The notes: generated by a model from the sequence alone, not told the origin. 22,244 nucleotides of DNA from Octopus sinensis (GCF_006345805.1 NW_021836966.1:1-22244), one strand, 5' to 3'. Shown: positions 10,503 to 19,804, counted from the first letter of the stretch. Program-made: numbers and translations.

Positions 10503-10580
10503 AAAACTGTCCAACAAACAGGAACATGAAACTCTGAGTAACAGTTTTTGTCTTATTTTTGCTGCTTTTTCATAAAGTGT
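10503..10580 (+). mobile_element. Decayed single-arm copy of the family 3 hammerhead element
   Basis: aaaactgt ccaacaa aca ggaa cat gaaa ctc t gag ta acagtttt..gctgctttt..aaag aligns with 18295-18370; core differences are mostly CpG transitions. Confidence 0.7.
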
Positions 10581-10604
10581 ATGTATATATATATATATAT
10601 ATAT

Positions 10605-10606
<2 letters not shown>

Positions 10607-10638
<32 letters not shown>

Positions 10639-10710
10639 TGATAGATAGACTGATCGATTGATTGATCGATAGATAGATAGATAGACAGACAGGCAGACAG
10701 ATAGATAGAT
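10607..10710. repeat. (AGAT)n tetranucleotide microsatellite
   Basis: Directly visible. Confidence 0.95.
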
Positions 10711-11091
10711 GCACTCATACATATAACAGGTTTTATTCAGTTTCCGTCTGCCAGATTCACTTACAAGGCTTTGGTCGATCCGAAGTTATAAAAGAAGACA
10801 CTTGCCTAAGATATCACTTTGTGGAACTGAACCTGAATCCTTGAACTTGGAAAGCAATCTTCTTACCAAACAGGTCTGTGCTAGTTTCTATTTTATTTTT
10901 TTTTCCACTGGACATCTTGAGGTTGGACGGAAGTCTTTCTATGTGATAAGTTTTCTTCCCTTTGCCTCTTAACATATTATCCCATACATTTTCGTTCAAT
11001 GATGTCCAGTAAATATATGTTTGAATGAAAATATATATTCACTGTATTCTGAGGTATCTGTCACTTATTTCTAACCCGAAATACTTTATAT

Positions 11092-11246
11092 ATTTACTTT
11101 CAACTGATATTTGTCCTCATCTTGTTTGTTGTTAGCACAACGTTTCGGCTGATATACCCTCCAGCCTTCTTGAGGTGTCTTGGGGAAATTTTGAACCTGG
11201 GTTCTCATTCCTAAGGTATTTTTCAATGTTATTGTTGTTATTATTA

Positions 11247-11288
<42 letters not shown>

Positions 11289-11400
11289 ATTATTATTATT
11301 ATTGTTATTGTTCAGGTCATTGTTTGGAATCGAACTCATTGGAATAACAACAACAATAACAACAACAACAACAACAACACACAACAACAACAACAACAAC

Positions 11401-11462
<62 letters not shown>

Positions 11463-11641
11463 AATAATAACATCGAAAAATACCTTAGGAATGAGAACCC
11501 AGGTTCAAAATTTTCGCAAGACACCTGAAGAAGGCTGGAGGGTATATCAGCCGAAATGTGTTAACAACAAACAAAGATGAGGACAAATATCTATTGAATG
11601 CAAATTATGTACATAATTCCTCATCTCTTAAATATAGAACT
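11092..11641. mobile_element. Palindromic element, locus 2 (same architecture as 4521-5117)
   Basis: Inverted tails ~11092-11230 and ~11470-11641; head remnant 11313-11337; (ATT)n and (AAC)n spacers; hammerhead-like cores 11134-11179(-) and 11520-11562(+). Confidence 0.8.
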
Positions 11642-12070
11642 GTGTGATCCAAAATAATTTGTGTACTTATTCCTCCTTACATACAGATTCAAAAATAAAT
11701 AATTAAAAAATAATTTTTGCATGGAAGTTTAAAAAATAAAATGTCTATGTTAAGAGGTTAACGACGTCTTTTACTAAGACTGGTATCAGTCTTTTTGCAA
11801 TTCACGATCTATAGACTGAGTGACGTCTGATAGTTGAAGTCTTTCTGCAACTGATGTCTTGATGCTGTGGTGCAGTGTTTTACTGTTGCTTACAACTGTG
11901 GTTGTATGGCTCTGCTGAATGATGTAAATGGGGATGTAATACAACGATGATGAATCATACCATTGGTTCGATAAGATATCATGAGATCTATTTGATCTAC
12001 CAAAATAATTGAGTGCTACTTTAGCATGCAGTCTACTGCAGTATCTGAAGTTTATGCTGTGAATTTACCT

Positions 12071-12387
12071 GGGTAAAGATTAGAGTTAGGTTTTAAGGGT
12101 AGTGTTAGGGTTGGGATTTAGGGGTAGTGTTAGTGATAATGGTTTAGAGTTAAGGTTTAGTTTTAAGGTAAAGATTTAGGGTTAGAGTTAGGGAATAAGA
12201 TTAGAGCTAGGGTTTAGGGTTAGACTTTAGGGTTATAGTTAGAGGTTAGGGTTAGAGTTGGGGTTAAGGTTAGGGTTTAGAGTTAGGGTGGATTTAAGGT
12301 TAGTGTTAGAGTTTAGGTTTAGGTTTAGGGATAGGGTTATAGTTTAGGATTAGGATTAGGGTTAGGGTGAAGGTTGAGTTAGGGATA
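12071..12387 (+). repeat. Degenerate telomere-like (TTAGGG)n interstitial tract
   Basis: ttaggg, ttagag, tttagg, ttaagg variants in ~6-nt periodicity. Confidence 0.8.
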
Positions 12388-12445
12388 GACTGCATGTGTA
12401 AATGTATGCTAAAGTTTAAATGGCTACAGTTTGGGTTAGAGTTAG

Positions 12446-12712
12446 AAGAGGAAGAGGAGGAAGAAGAGAAGGTGAAGAAGGAAGAGAAGGAGGAGAATGA
12501 GAAAGAGGAAGAGAAGGATGAAGAGAAAGAGGGGAGAAGGAGAAGAAGAAATAGGAGGAAGTGATGAAGGACAAAGAGAAAGAGAGGAGGGAGGATTGGA
12601 AAAAATGAAGGAGGAGGAAGAGACAGAAAGAAGAAGGATGAGAGATAGAGGAGGTGGAGGTGGAGGAGACATTGAGGAGAAGAAGGACGAGAAGGAAGAT
12701 AAGGGTGTTAGG
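12446..12712. repeat. GA-rich (GAA/GAG) low-complexity tract
   Basis: Nearly pure purine on the + strand. Confidence 0.9.
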
Positions 12713-12752
12713 GATATACGTGTAGTGTTGACACAGATATTGTCATTACTTA

Positions 12753-13136
12753 GTGGAGGCACAATGGCCCAGTGGTTAGGGCTGCGGACTTGCGGTCATA
12801 GGATCGCGGTTTCGATTCCCAGACCGGGCGTTGTGAGTGTTTATTGAGCGAAAACACCTAAAGCTCCACGAGGCTCCGGCAGCGGATGGTGGTGATCCCT
12901 ACTGTACTCTTTCACCACAACTTTCTCTCACTCTTACTTCCTGTTTCTGTTGTACATGTATTTCAAAGGGCCGGCCTTGTCACTCTCTGTGTCACGCTGA
13001 ATATCCCCGAGAACTACGTTAAGGGTACACGTGTCTGTGGAGTGCTCAGCCACTTACACGTTAATTTCACGAGCAGGCTGTTCCATTGATTCGGATCAAC
13101 CGGAACCCTCGTCGTCGTAACCGACGGAGTGCTGCC
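12753..13136 (+). mobile_element. Full-length tRNA-derived SINE with 14-bp target-site duplication
   Basis: A-box tggcccagtgg, B-box gtttcgattcc; TSD attgtcattactta at 12739-12752 and 13137-13150. Confidence 0.9.
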
Positions 13137-13344
13137 ATTGTCATTACTTAACATCATTACTGATTGTAACAAAACTACAACAAAACTCTTAGACTAACAC
13201 ATACACATTCACGTTCTTTCTTTCTTTCTGTCTGTCTGTCTGGCTCTCTCTCTCTCTCTCTCTCTCTTTCACTATATATACCAATTCCTCTTGCCCCCTC
13301 TGTCTCTTCCTGTTTGGGTACAAATGTACATCAGCTCCTTTGTA

Positions 13345-13758
13345 GGATCTTTTCGGTTCGAACGGCAGTTTTTTTCTAGCGGTGTCATATGAAATTGTCA
13401 CCCATAATTATGACCCTAGTATCGATCTATTGCATTTCAATCTGTTTTAGGGTTATGGGTGGGGGGAAGGGCATCTTTTTCTTCTTCACAAATGTAAATA
13501 AACCCAACCTGTTTCTTAAACGAGGGACATATTCATACGGCACAGAATGTTTTTCACCTCAATAGACGTCATTGATTGGTTGAAATTGCAGAAATTGAAG
13601 AAAAACAACAACAAATATCTTACAAACTATACAATTTTCTCAATAAAGCCAAGAGAAAAAGATGTTTTATAAACACATTCTACCAGTATACGAAGTTTAA
13701 AAGTGTTTAGTTACGTGGAAATTATTTAAAAAAACTGCCGTTCAAACCGAAAAGATCC
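13345..13758. mobile_element. 414-bp non-autonomous DNA transposon (MITE) with 31-bp TIRs and 8-bp TSD, Merlin-like
   Basis: TIRs ggatcttttcggttcgaacggcagttttttt (13345-13375) / 13728-13758 with one mismatch; TSD cctttgta at 13337-13344 and 13759-13766. Superfamily is inferred from the GG terminus plus 8-bp TSD. Confidence 0.85.
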
Positions 13759-14116
13759 CCTTTGTATGTTTCACCCGCAATTTTACACGCATTTCAAAAA
13801 CCGCAAGTTTCATGCATTGCGTGCGTATGTAGTGCGTGCGCGCACGTTTTTATTAACACACATACGTACACACACACACATATATATATATACACACATA
13901 AACATATTTCCTTCGAAACGCGGAGTAGATAAAACAGGGGACAACTGAAGAAGGGGAATATTCTTTATGTTGTATGTCTTGTTTTTCTGAGTTTTTTTCG
14001 TTGTTCGAAAAAAAGTTCGTTTTCTGTGTTTTTGTTTTCGTTTCTCATTGTATTTAACGTTTGTTTTTTTTATGTCCTGCACCCATATATGTAAGTATAT
14101 ATGCATATATTTATAT

Positions 14117-14246
<130 letters not shown>

Positions 14247-14366
14247 TCACAATCAAGGAACGGCCATAATAGGCCATTCACCCACTAGAAATAACAGCCA
14301 AAAGCTTAACCGCAAAATAACATCAATCCGTAAACCAGGAGAAAATTAAAAAACATTTACCCTGTA

Positions 14367-14473
14367 ATTTCTTATACGATGCACCGTTTCATCTACTGTT
14401 TAATGGTAAACTAACCTGATTAAATTAAATCAAGCCAATCTACCATAGGCCCTTAGATTCATCAGTAAGAAAT
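14367..14473 (-). ncRNA. Type I hammerhead ribozyme motif, left-arm mirror copy
   Basis: Exact reverse complement of 14710-14816. Confidence 0.8.
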
Positions 14474-14709
14474 AGCCAAGTCGGAACAGATATTTTTCAC
14501 GAGGCATTCCCGTCCCTGCCTCGGCAATATCTGACCTAAAATTTTCAAATCATCGAATTTTCTGGTTAGTTCCGTAATGGAATCGGCGGCTTATATTTAT
14601 TTGCTGCCGATAAATTTGGCGCGAGTGCGATGATTTGAAAATTTTAGGTCAGATATTGCCGAGGCAGGGACGGGAATGCCTCGTGAAAAATATCTGTTCC
14701 GACTTGGCT

Positions 14710-14816
14710 ATTTCTTACTGATGAATCTAAGGGCCTATGGTAGATTGGCTTGATTTAATTTAATCAGGTTAGTTTACCATTAAACAGTAGATGAAACGGT
14801 GCATCGTATAAGAAAT
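14710..14816 (+). ncRNA. Type I hammerhead ribozyme motif with extended stem II
   Basis: Stem I atttctta/taagaaat (8 bp); CTGATGA 14718-14724; stem II atcta/tagat plus 19-bp distal helix; GAAA 14793-14796; stem III acg/cgt; GTA triplet 14806-14808. Confidence 0.8.
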
Positions 14817-14991
14817 TACAGGGTAAATGTTTTTTAATTTTCTCCTGGTTTACGGAATTGATGTTATTTTGCGGTTAAAGCTTTTGGCTGTTATTTCTAG
14901 TGGGTGAATGGCCTATTATGGCCGTTCCTTGATTGTGATGTTGAACTTAAAAATGGTCTATGACTATTTAATTTTTTCCCACTAGGCCGCT

Positions 14992-15027
14992 GGTGGCAAA
15001 AAAATTCTACAAAATTTTTCTGCCACC
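14992..15027. other. 15-bp stem hairpin (one mismatch, 6-nt loop)
   Basis: ggtggcaaaaaaatt-ctacaa-aatttttctgccacc. Confidence 0.7.
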
Positions 15028-15169
15028 CTATATTGATTAATAAATATATATATATATATATATATAAATAATATATAAATATATGCATATATACTTATAT
15101 ATATTATATTGTGTGAAATTTGATTTAGTATTTCTAAATTGAACTTTTTCCCTGTAAGTTAGGATTAAT

Positions 15170-15392
15170 ATTCCCTCAAATAATTATTATACATACACAC
15201 ACAGACACACACATATATATATATATATATACAGACATATATGCATATTCATATACAAAGCATATGCACACACTCACACACACACATATATGCATATCTA
15301 TCAATCTATATATGTATGCATATGAATGTATATGTACGTTTATATATGCAAAGGTCTGTGAATATGCATGTATATAGATATGCGTACATATA

Positions 15393-15425
<33 letters not shown>

Positions 15426-15475
15426 CACGCGCACGTATGCATGTAGTTATGTATATATGTGTTTGTGTGTGTGTT
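15170..15475. repeat. Mixed (TA)/(CA)/(TG) low-complexity tract
   Basis: Directly visible. Confidence 0.85.
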
Positions 15476-15946
15476 ATGCGGGCGGCAATGCAGCGTTGTC
15501 TGAACGAAGCATTGTGTGAGAGCTATTGAAGTTGTTTTAGAATGTCAATACAGTTGGAATTTTGGAGTAAAAGTTTGAAAAAAGAAATAAGCTCCAGTAA
15601 CAATTATAACAGTCTTCCAGGTTTATGTGACCCTTAGGGTTCCATTTGCTTCAGATGTATTTATAGCCAGAAACAGCAAGGTTTCTTTCTCTTCTGTTTT
15701 ATGCAATTTGACGTCTTCCTAGCCACTGAAACGCTTTCTTTGAGAGTAGGAGTCTGAGAACATTTTTAACCAATTATCCCAAAAGGAAGAAAATCTTAGA
15801 TTCTTTGAATTTGAAAGGTTTATTGAATCTATTTATATGAATCTATTTACACGTCCATTACATTGGACAGATGCAATGCTACCAGAAGAAAATTTCTGTC
15901 GTAACAAGGAACACGTTTCTTTTTTTATATAATTTTTCTTATATCT

Positions 15947-16256
15947 TGTTGTTGTTTGTTCCTTCTCGAGCCATGCCTGGCTCGTAAGGGCCGGTTTTCC
16001 GGTTTCCTTGGCGTATAGGTTCCCCACCTGGACGGGACGCCGGTCCGTCGCAGGTGTGCTGCAAGATGCAGGAGGAAAGAGTGAGTGAAAGTAATGGCAA
16101 AAGAGTCAGCAGAAGTTCGCCATTACCTTCTGCCGGAGCCGCGTGAAGCTTAGGTGTTTCGCTCATAAACACACCCATCGCCCAGTCTGAGATTCGAACC
16201 CGCAATCCTTCGACCGCGAATCCACTTGCTCTAACCACTAGGCCATGTGCCTCCAC
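15947..16256 (-). mobile_element. Full-length tRNA-derived SINE (gtggagg-head group) with (CAA)n tail
   Basis: A-box tggcctagtgg, B-box ggttcgaatct; probable TSD cttatatct at 15938-15946 and 16259-16267. Confidence 0.85.
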
Positions 16257-16615
16257 TACTTATATCTAATGAGTCCTTATTACCCCACAGGAATTTAATT
16301 TTTATCCCACTTGGAGTAATTCAACCCGGTTTGCCGACCCCTGTCTTAGAGAAAATACTCTTACAAACCTACACAAGTCAAAGTGTGAAAAGAAAACAGA
16401 AATTTTGAAAGAAGCGTCGATAAAATTCGTTTTAAACAACAAATGGCTTTGTGGGGTCCACAGGCAACGAATGGTTGAAAACCACTGGTCTACATCATCG
16501 TCATTTGGTCGAGTTTGCTCTGAAAAAATGTCTTTCGATTGCAAATTTCTCGTTTGTGGTTGCAGGTCCTATAGACGATTGCAATGCTAGTCAAACCGAC
16601 GGTTTCTAGGCAAAA

Positions 16616-16862
16616 AGTTGCCTTCTCGAATCATGCCGATTCATAAGGGCTGATTTCCCGGTCTCATGGCATATAGATTCCCAACCTGGACGGGACGCCA
16701 GTCTGTCACAGGATTTCTCCCTTTTGCTAACTGAGTGGCCTGGAGTAACGTGAAATGAAGAGTTTTGCTCAAGAAAACAATGCCTCACCTGGTCCAGGAG
16801 TCGAAACAACAGTCATATGATCATGAGACCAACACCCTAACCACTAAGCCACGAGTCTCCAC
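16616..16862 (-). mobile_element. Diverged tRNA-derived SINE sharing the 3' part of 15947-16256
   Basis: Head gtggagactcgtggcttagtggttaggg; gactggcgtcccgtccagg..cgagaagg tail shared; different middle. Confidence 0.8.
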
Positions 16863-16907
16863 AGCCAACGGGTTTACCAGACCAAGATTAATAAAAGTGT
16901 AATAAAA

Positions 16908-17055
16908 GTACATTATTTACATTATTTACATTCGACGGATGTTTGTCCTCATCTTGTTTGTTGTTAACATGTTTCGGCTGATATACCCTCCAGCCTTCAT
17001 CAGGCGTCTTTGGCAAATTTCGAACCTGGGTTCTCATTCTTAAGGCATTCTTCGT

Positions 17056-17111
<56 letters not shown>

Positions 17112-17294
17112 TTATTATTATTCAGGTCACTGCTTGGAATCGAACTCGGGATCTTGGGGTTAGCCCGAGCTCTTATGTCCGTGGGCATATCGCGTAGTGG
17201 TTAAGTGGCATATGCCCATAGGCATATGGCGTAGCGGTTAAGAGCGCGGGCTACTAACCACAGGATTCCGAGTTTGATTCCAAGCTGTGACCTG

Positions 17295-17335
<41 letters not shown>

Positions 17336-18035
17336 CGATAATAATAATAATAATAATAATACTGATCTTAACTGATTGGAAGTGTCATCATGTACATTGT
17401 TTTGTCTTGGTATAAAAGATGGGCTACAGCAAATATTCTGCTCAATTACCACAGATTTGCTTGTCAGTTGTTTGACCTTAACCAGTTGAGCATGTCCCTT
17501 AGTGGCTGACGATATGTGCATCTCTGATCACGAGCAGAAGTAGTGGGGGGAGCATCATAGCCATGTGTTGAGAGGGATTCTTTGGGGTTTGAATAATTCA
17601 CCTCTGGAAATGGGTGGTTCTTTCAACATCCTTAAAACAACCCTTATTCAGGGCCCGTTTGAGCAGGATGGGCTACTCGACCCAAAAAAAATTCTAACTG
17701 GGCCCCACCTGCAAGGTCATGTGCTGTTTATCTTGATACGAGATCACATGTCGCGCACATATGGTTGTGATGCATGTGCCTGGTGTGTAGTCATGAGGGT
17801 ATGCTGGGCTTCGTATATTTTTACCCCAGTGTCACTTTGATGGCATGCACTGATCTCTCACTCAATATAATAATATAATAATAATAATAATAATAATAAT
17901 ATAATAATAATATAATAACAACAACATCGAAAAAAACCTTAGGAATGAGAACCCAGGTTCAAAATTTCCCCAAGACACCTGAAGAAGGCTGGAGGATATA
18001 TCAGCCGAAACATTGTGTTAACAACAAACAAGATG
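16908..18035. mobile_element. Palindromic element, locus 3, most complete centre; interrupted by the 555-bp repeat
   Basis: Inverted tails ~16908-17050 and ~17922-18035; head-to-head tRNA-like heads 17123-17294 (A-box tggcgtagcgg 17227-17237; B-box gagttcgattcc intact on the minus copy); hammerhead-like cores 16966-17008(-) and 17974-18019(+). Confidence 0.8.
17362..17863 (+). mobile_element. (AAT)n-embedded repeat, copy 3, truncated at one end
   Basis: Matches 3433-3988 minus the first ~40 nt; (AAT)n on both sides. Confidence 0.85.
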
Positions 18036-18104
18036 TTCGGTTTTTTGTGTCGTCTTCTAAATGTTTCACGTTCTTGTCCCAGTTGTATATTTTTTTACTT
18101 TTAC

Positions 18105-18149
<45 letters not shown>

Positions 18150-18254
18150 GGAGTTAAACCCATAAGTGTGAAACAAGGTGGAAAAAAGAGTACTCAAATA
18201 CCAGTGTGTAGAGTAATATGCTTTATTTAAAAGCAGCAGAAAATTCAACAAAAC

Positions 18255-18292
18255 TTGTTACTCTGAGTTTCACGTTCCCGTTCGTCGGACAG
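18255..18292 (-). ncRNA. Minimal type I hammerhead motif, mirror copy (one stem I mismatch)
   Basis: ctgt CCGACGA acg ggaa cgt GAAA ctc a gag TA acaa. Confidence 0.6.
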
Positions 18293-18298
18293 AAAAAA

Positions 18299-18336
18299 CT
18301 GTCCGACGAACGGGAACGTGAAACTCAGAGTAACAG
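18299..18336 (+). ncRNA. Minimal type I hammerhead motif with palindromic stem III
   Basis: ctgt CCGACGA acg-ggaa-cgt GAAA ctc-a-gag TA acag: all three stems pair; core has C at the U4 position. Confidence 0.7.
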
Positions 18337-18446
18337 GTTTTGTTGAATTTTCTGCTGCTTTTAAATAAAGTATATATTATATATATATAAATATATATAT
18401 ATTTAAAATCTTAGGGAATAATAGCGCCTTTCATGGAATCAACTAC

Positions 18447-18601
18447 AATCAGTTAATTATGATTTTATTCAACATATTCCTCTCTCATATTCACACAGTT
18501 ATTGCAGTTATTTCTAAGACCTGTAAAAGAATCGGAAGGTTGGGCCTCCAAACAGGTCATTCGCGAATCTCTTGAAGTCAGGAACTTTCAGCAAGCCCTT
18601 G
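18447..18601 (-). mobile_element. Partial copy of the mariner MITE at 441-650
   Basis: Aligns with ~485-650; ends ggaactttcagcaagcccttg-TA. Confidence 0.75.
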
Positions 18602-18619
18602 TATGTGTGCATATATATA

Positions 18620-18663
<44 letters not shown>

Positions 18664-18686
18664 TATATTTACACCCACCCACACAC

Positions 18687-18865
18687 ATACAGAGGAGGAT
18701 CAGTTGATTATGATTTTATTCAAAAATATTCCCCTCTCAAGTTCACACATTTAATGCAGTGGTCCTTCAGTTTTTCTAAGTCTTGCAAAAGAACTCGGAA
18801 GGTTGGACTTCCAATTAGGCCTTACACGATAACCTTGAAGCCAAGAATTTCCCAGCACACCCTCG
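18687..18865 (-). mobile_element. Second partial copy of the mariner MITE
   Basis: Aligns with ~475-650; ends cagcacaccctcg-TA. Confidence 0.75.
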
Positions 18866-19078
18866 TATGTTATAAGCATTATGGTTAAAGATATACCTTT
18901 TTTTTTTTATCCTCCTTCTAGCCATTCGGAGGTCTTGAAAGAACTCGTGGATATTCCTTTATCCCTTGGCTAAACAATAAACACTCCCATAGACATGCAT
19001 GCACGCACACACAAACACACATGTATAATTCTTAACAGCCTTTCTTTCGATTCTTTTATATCCTGAGTTTAAATACCT

Positions 19079-19307
19079 ATTTCTTTACTACCCACAAGGC
19101 GCTAAACACAGAGGGGACAAACAAGGACAGACACACGGATTAAGTCGATTATATCGACCCCAGTGCGTAACTGGTACTTATTTAATCGACCCCGAAAGGA
19201 TGAAAGGCAAAGTCGACCTAGGCGGAATTAGAACTCAGAACGTAACGGCAGACGAAATACCGCTAAGCATTTCGCCCGGCGTGTTAACGTTTCTGCCAGC
19301 TCGCCGC
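19079..19307 (-). mobile_element. SINE family B, near full length
   Basis: High similarity to 6240-6469. Confidence 0.85.
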
Positions 19308-19435
19308 TGAGTTGAAATACCACCAAGGTCGTCCTTACCCATTATCTCTTCGGGGTCAATAAAACAAGTACCAGTCGAGTACTGGAAATGGTTCGAATTT
19401 CCGCCTCCCCTAAAAATTACTGGTCTCGTGCAAAT
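19308..19435 (+). mobile_element. Diverged SINE family B-related fragment
   Basis: aaggtcgtccttacc..cttcggggtcaataaaacaagtaccagt resembles the body at 7280-7330. Confidence 0.55.
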
Positions 19436-19727
19436 ACTATTGTATTTGCGTGTATATCCTTGCACGTATATATTAAATTTCTTTTAGTGTGTATGTGTGT
19501 GTGAGTGTGTATGCATGCATGTATGTATGTATGCAGGCATTGGGCAAAATAATGAAAACTGCACTTTTAATTTAACAATTCTTTTTTCTATTGACAATAT
19601 GACAAATTCATGTCTGTTCTAATCTGAATATGTGTGGTTGTATGCGTTATGTATGTGTTGTACTTCCTGATGTAGGCATCTAACTTTTATTCTTGTTTTT
19701 TTTTCTTTTTATATATATATATACATA

Positions 19728-19778
<51 letters not shown>

Positions 19779-19804
19779 GGGCGAAAATAAGTAGGCATTA
19801 AAAA

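Larger units (their letters stand above)
10085..10870 (-). mobile_element. Diverged SINE family A whose internal microsatellite has received further insertions
   Basis: Tail-side block ~10095-10200 and head-side block ~10715-10870 both resemble 9393-9821. Confidence 0.6.
18149..18375. mobile_element. Foldback element (hammerhead family 3): 77-bp inverted arms, 6-nt A loop, unpaired extension on the left
   Basis: 18216-18292 / 18299-18375 reverse-complementary with two mismatches; flanked by (TA)n. Confidence 0.85.

Noticed and set aside
10908-11010. 10-bp inverted repeat actggacatc/gatgtccagt about 100 bp apart
   Set aside because: No TSD or second copy; compatible with chance.
12753-12830. 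Possible tRNA gene (also 16180-16256 and 17221-17294)
   Set aside because: A and B boxes present but no complete cloverleaf; continues into SINE bodies and is multicopy.
12367-12847. Glu/Lys/Arg-rich ORFs resembling an acidic protein
   Set aside because: GA-rich low-complexity tract running into a SINE; no credible splice sites or domain.
13903-13960. Hammerhead-like words in permuted order (ttcGAAACgcggagta...caaCTGAAGAagggg)
   Set aside because: A partial stem II can be drawn but stems I and III do not pair convincingly. It may still be a decayed PLE-like end abutting the large palindrome.
15613-15686. Possible 60-bp exon (tcttccag|GTTTAT...AGCAAG|gtttct; VYVTLRVPFASDVFIARNSK)
   Set aside because: Weak donor, short pyrimidine tract, no homology recognised; needs RNA-seq or tBLASTn.
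16328-16487. Two hAT-like terminal words (ggtttgccgacccctg; ggttgaaaaccactg)
   Set aside because: Both face the same way, with no partner TIR or TSD found; at most orphan ends.
19079-19435. Head-to-head family B SINE pair as a fourth palindromic family
   Set aside because: The two parts differ strongly in divergence and no hammerhead core is visible; likely independent insertions.
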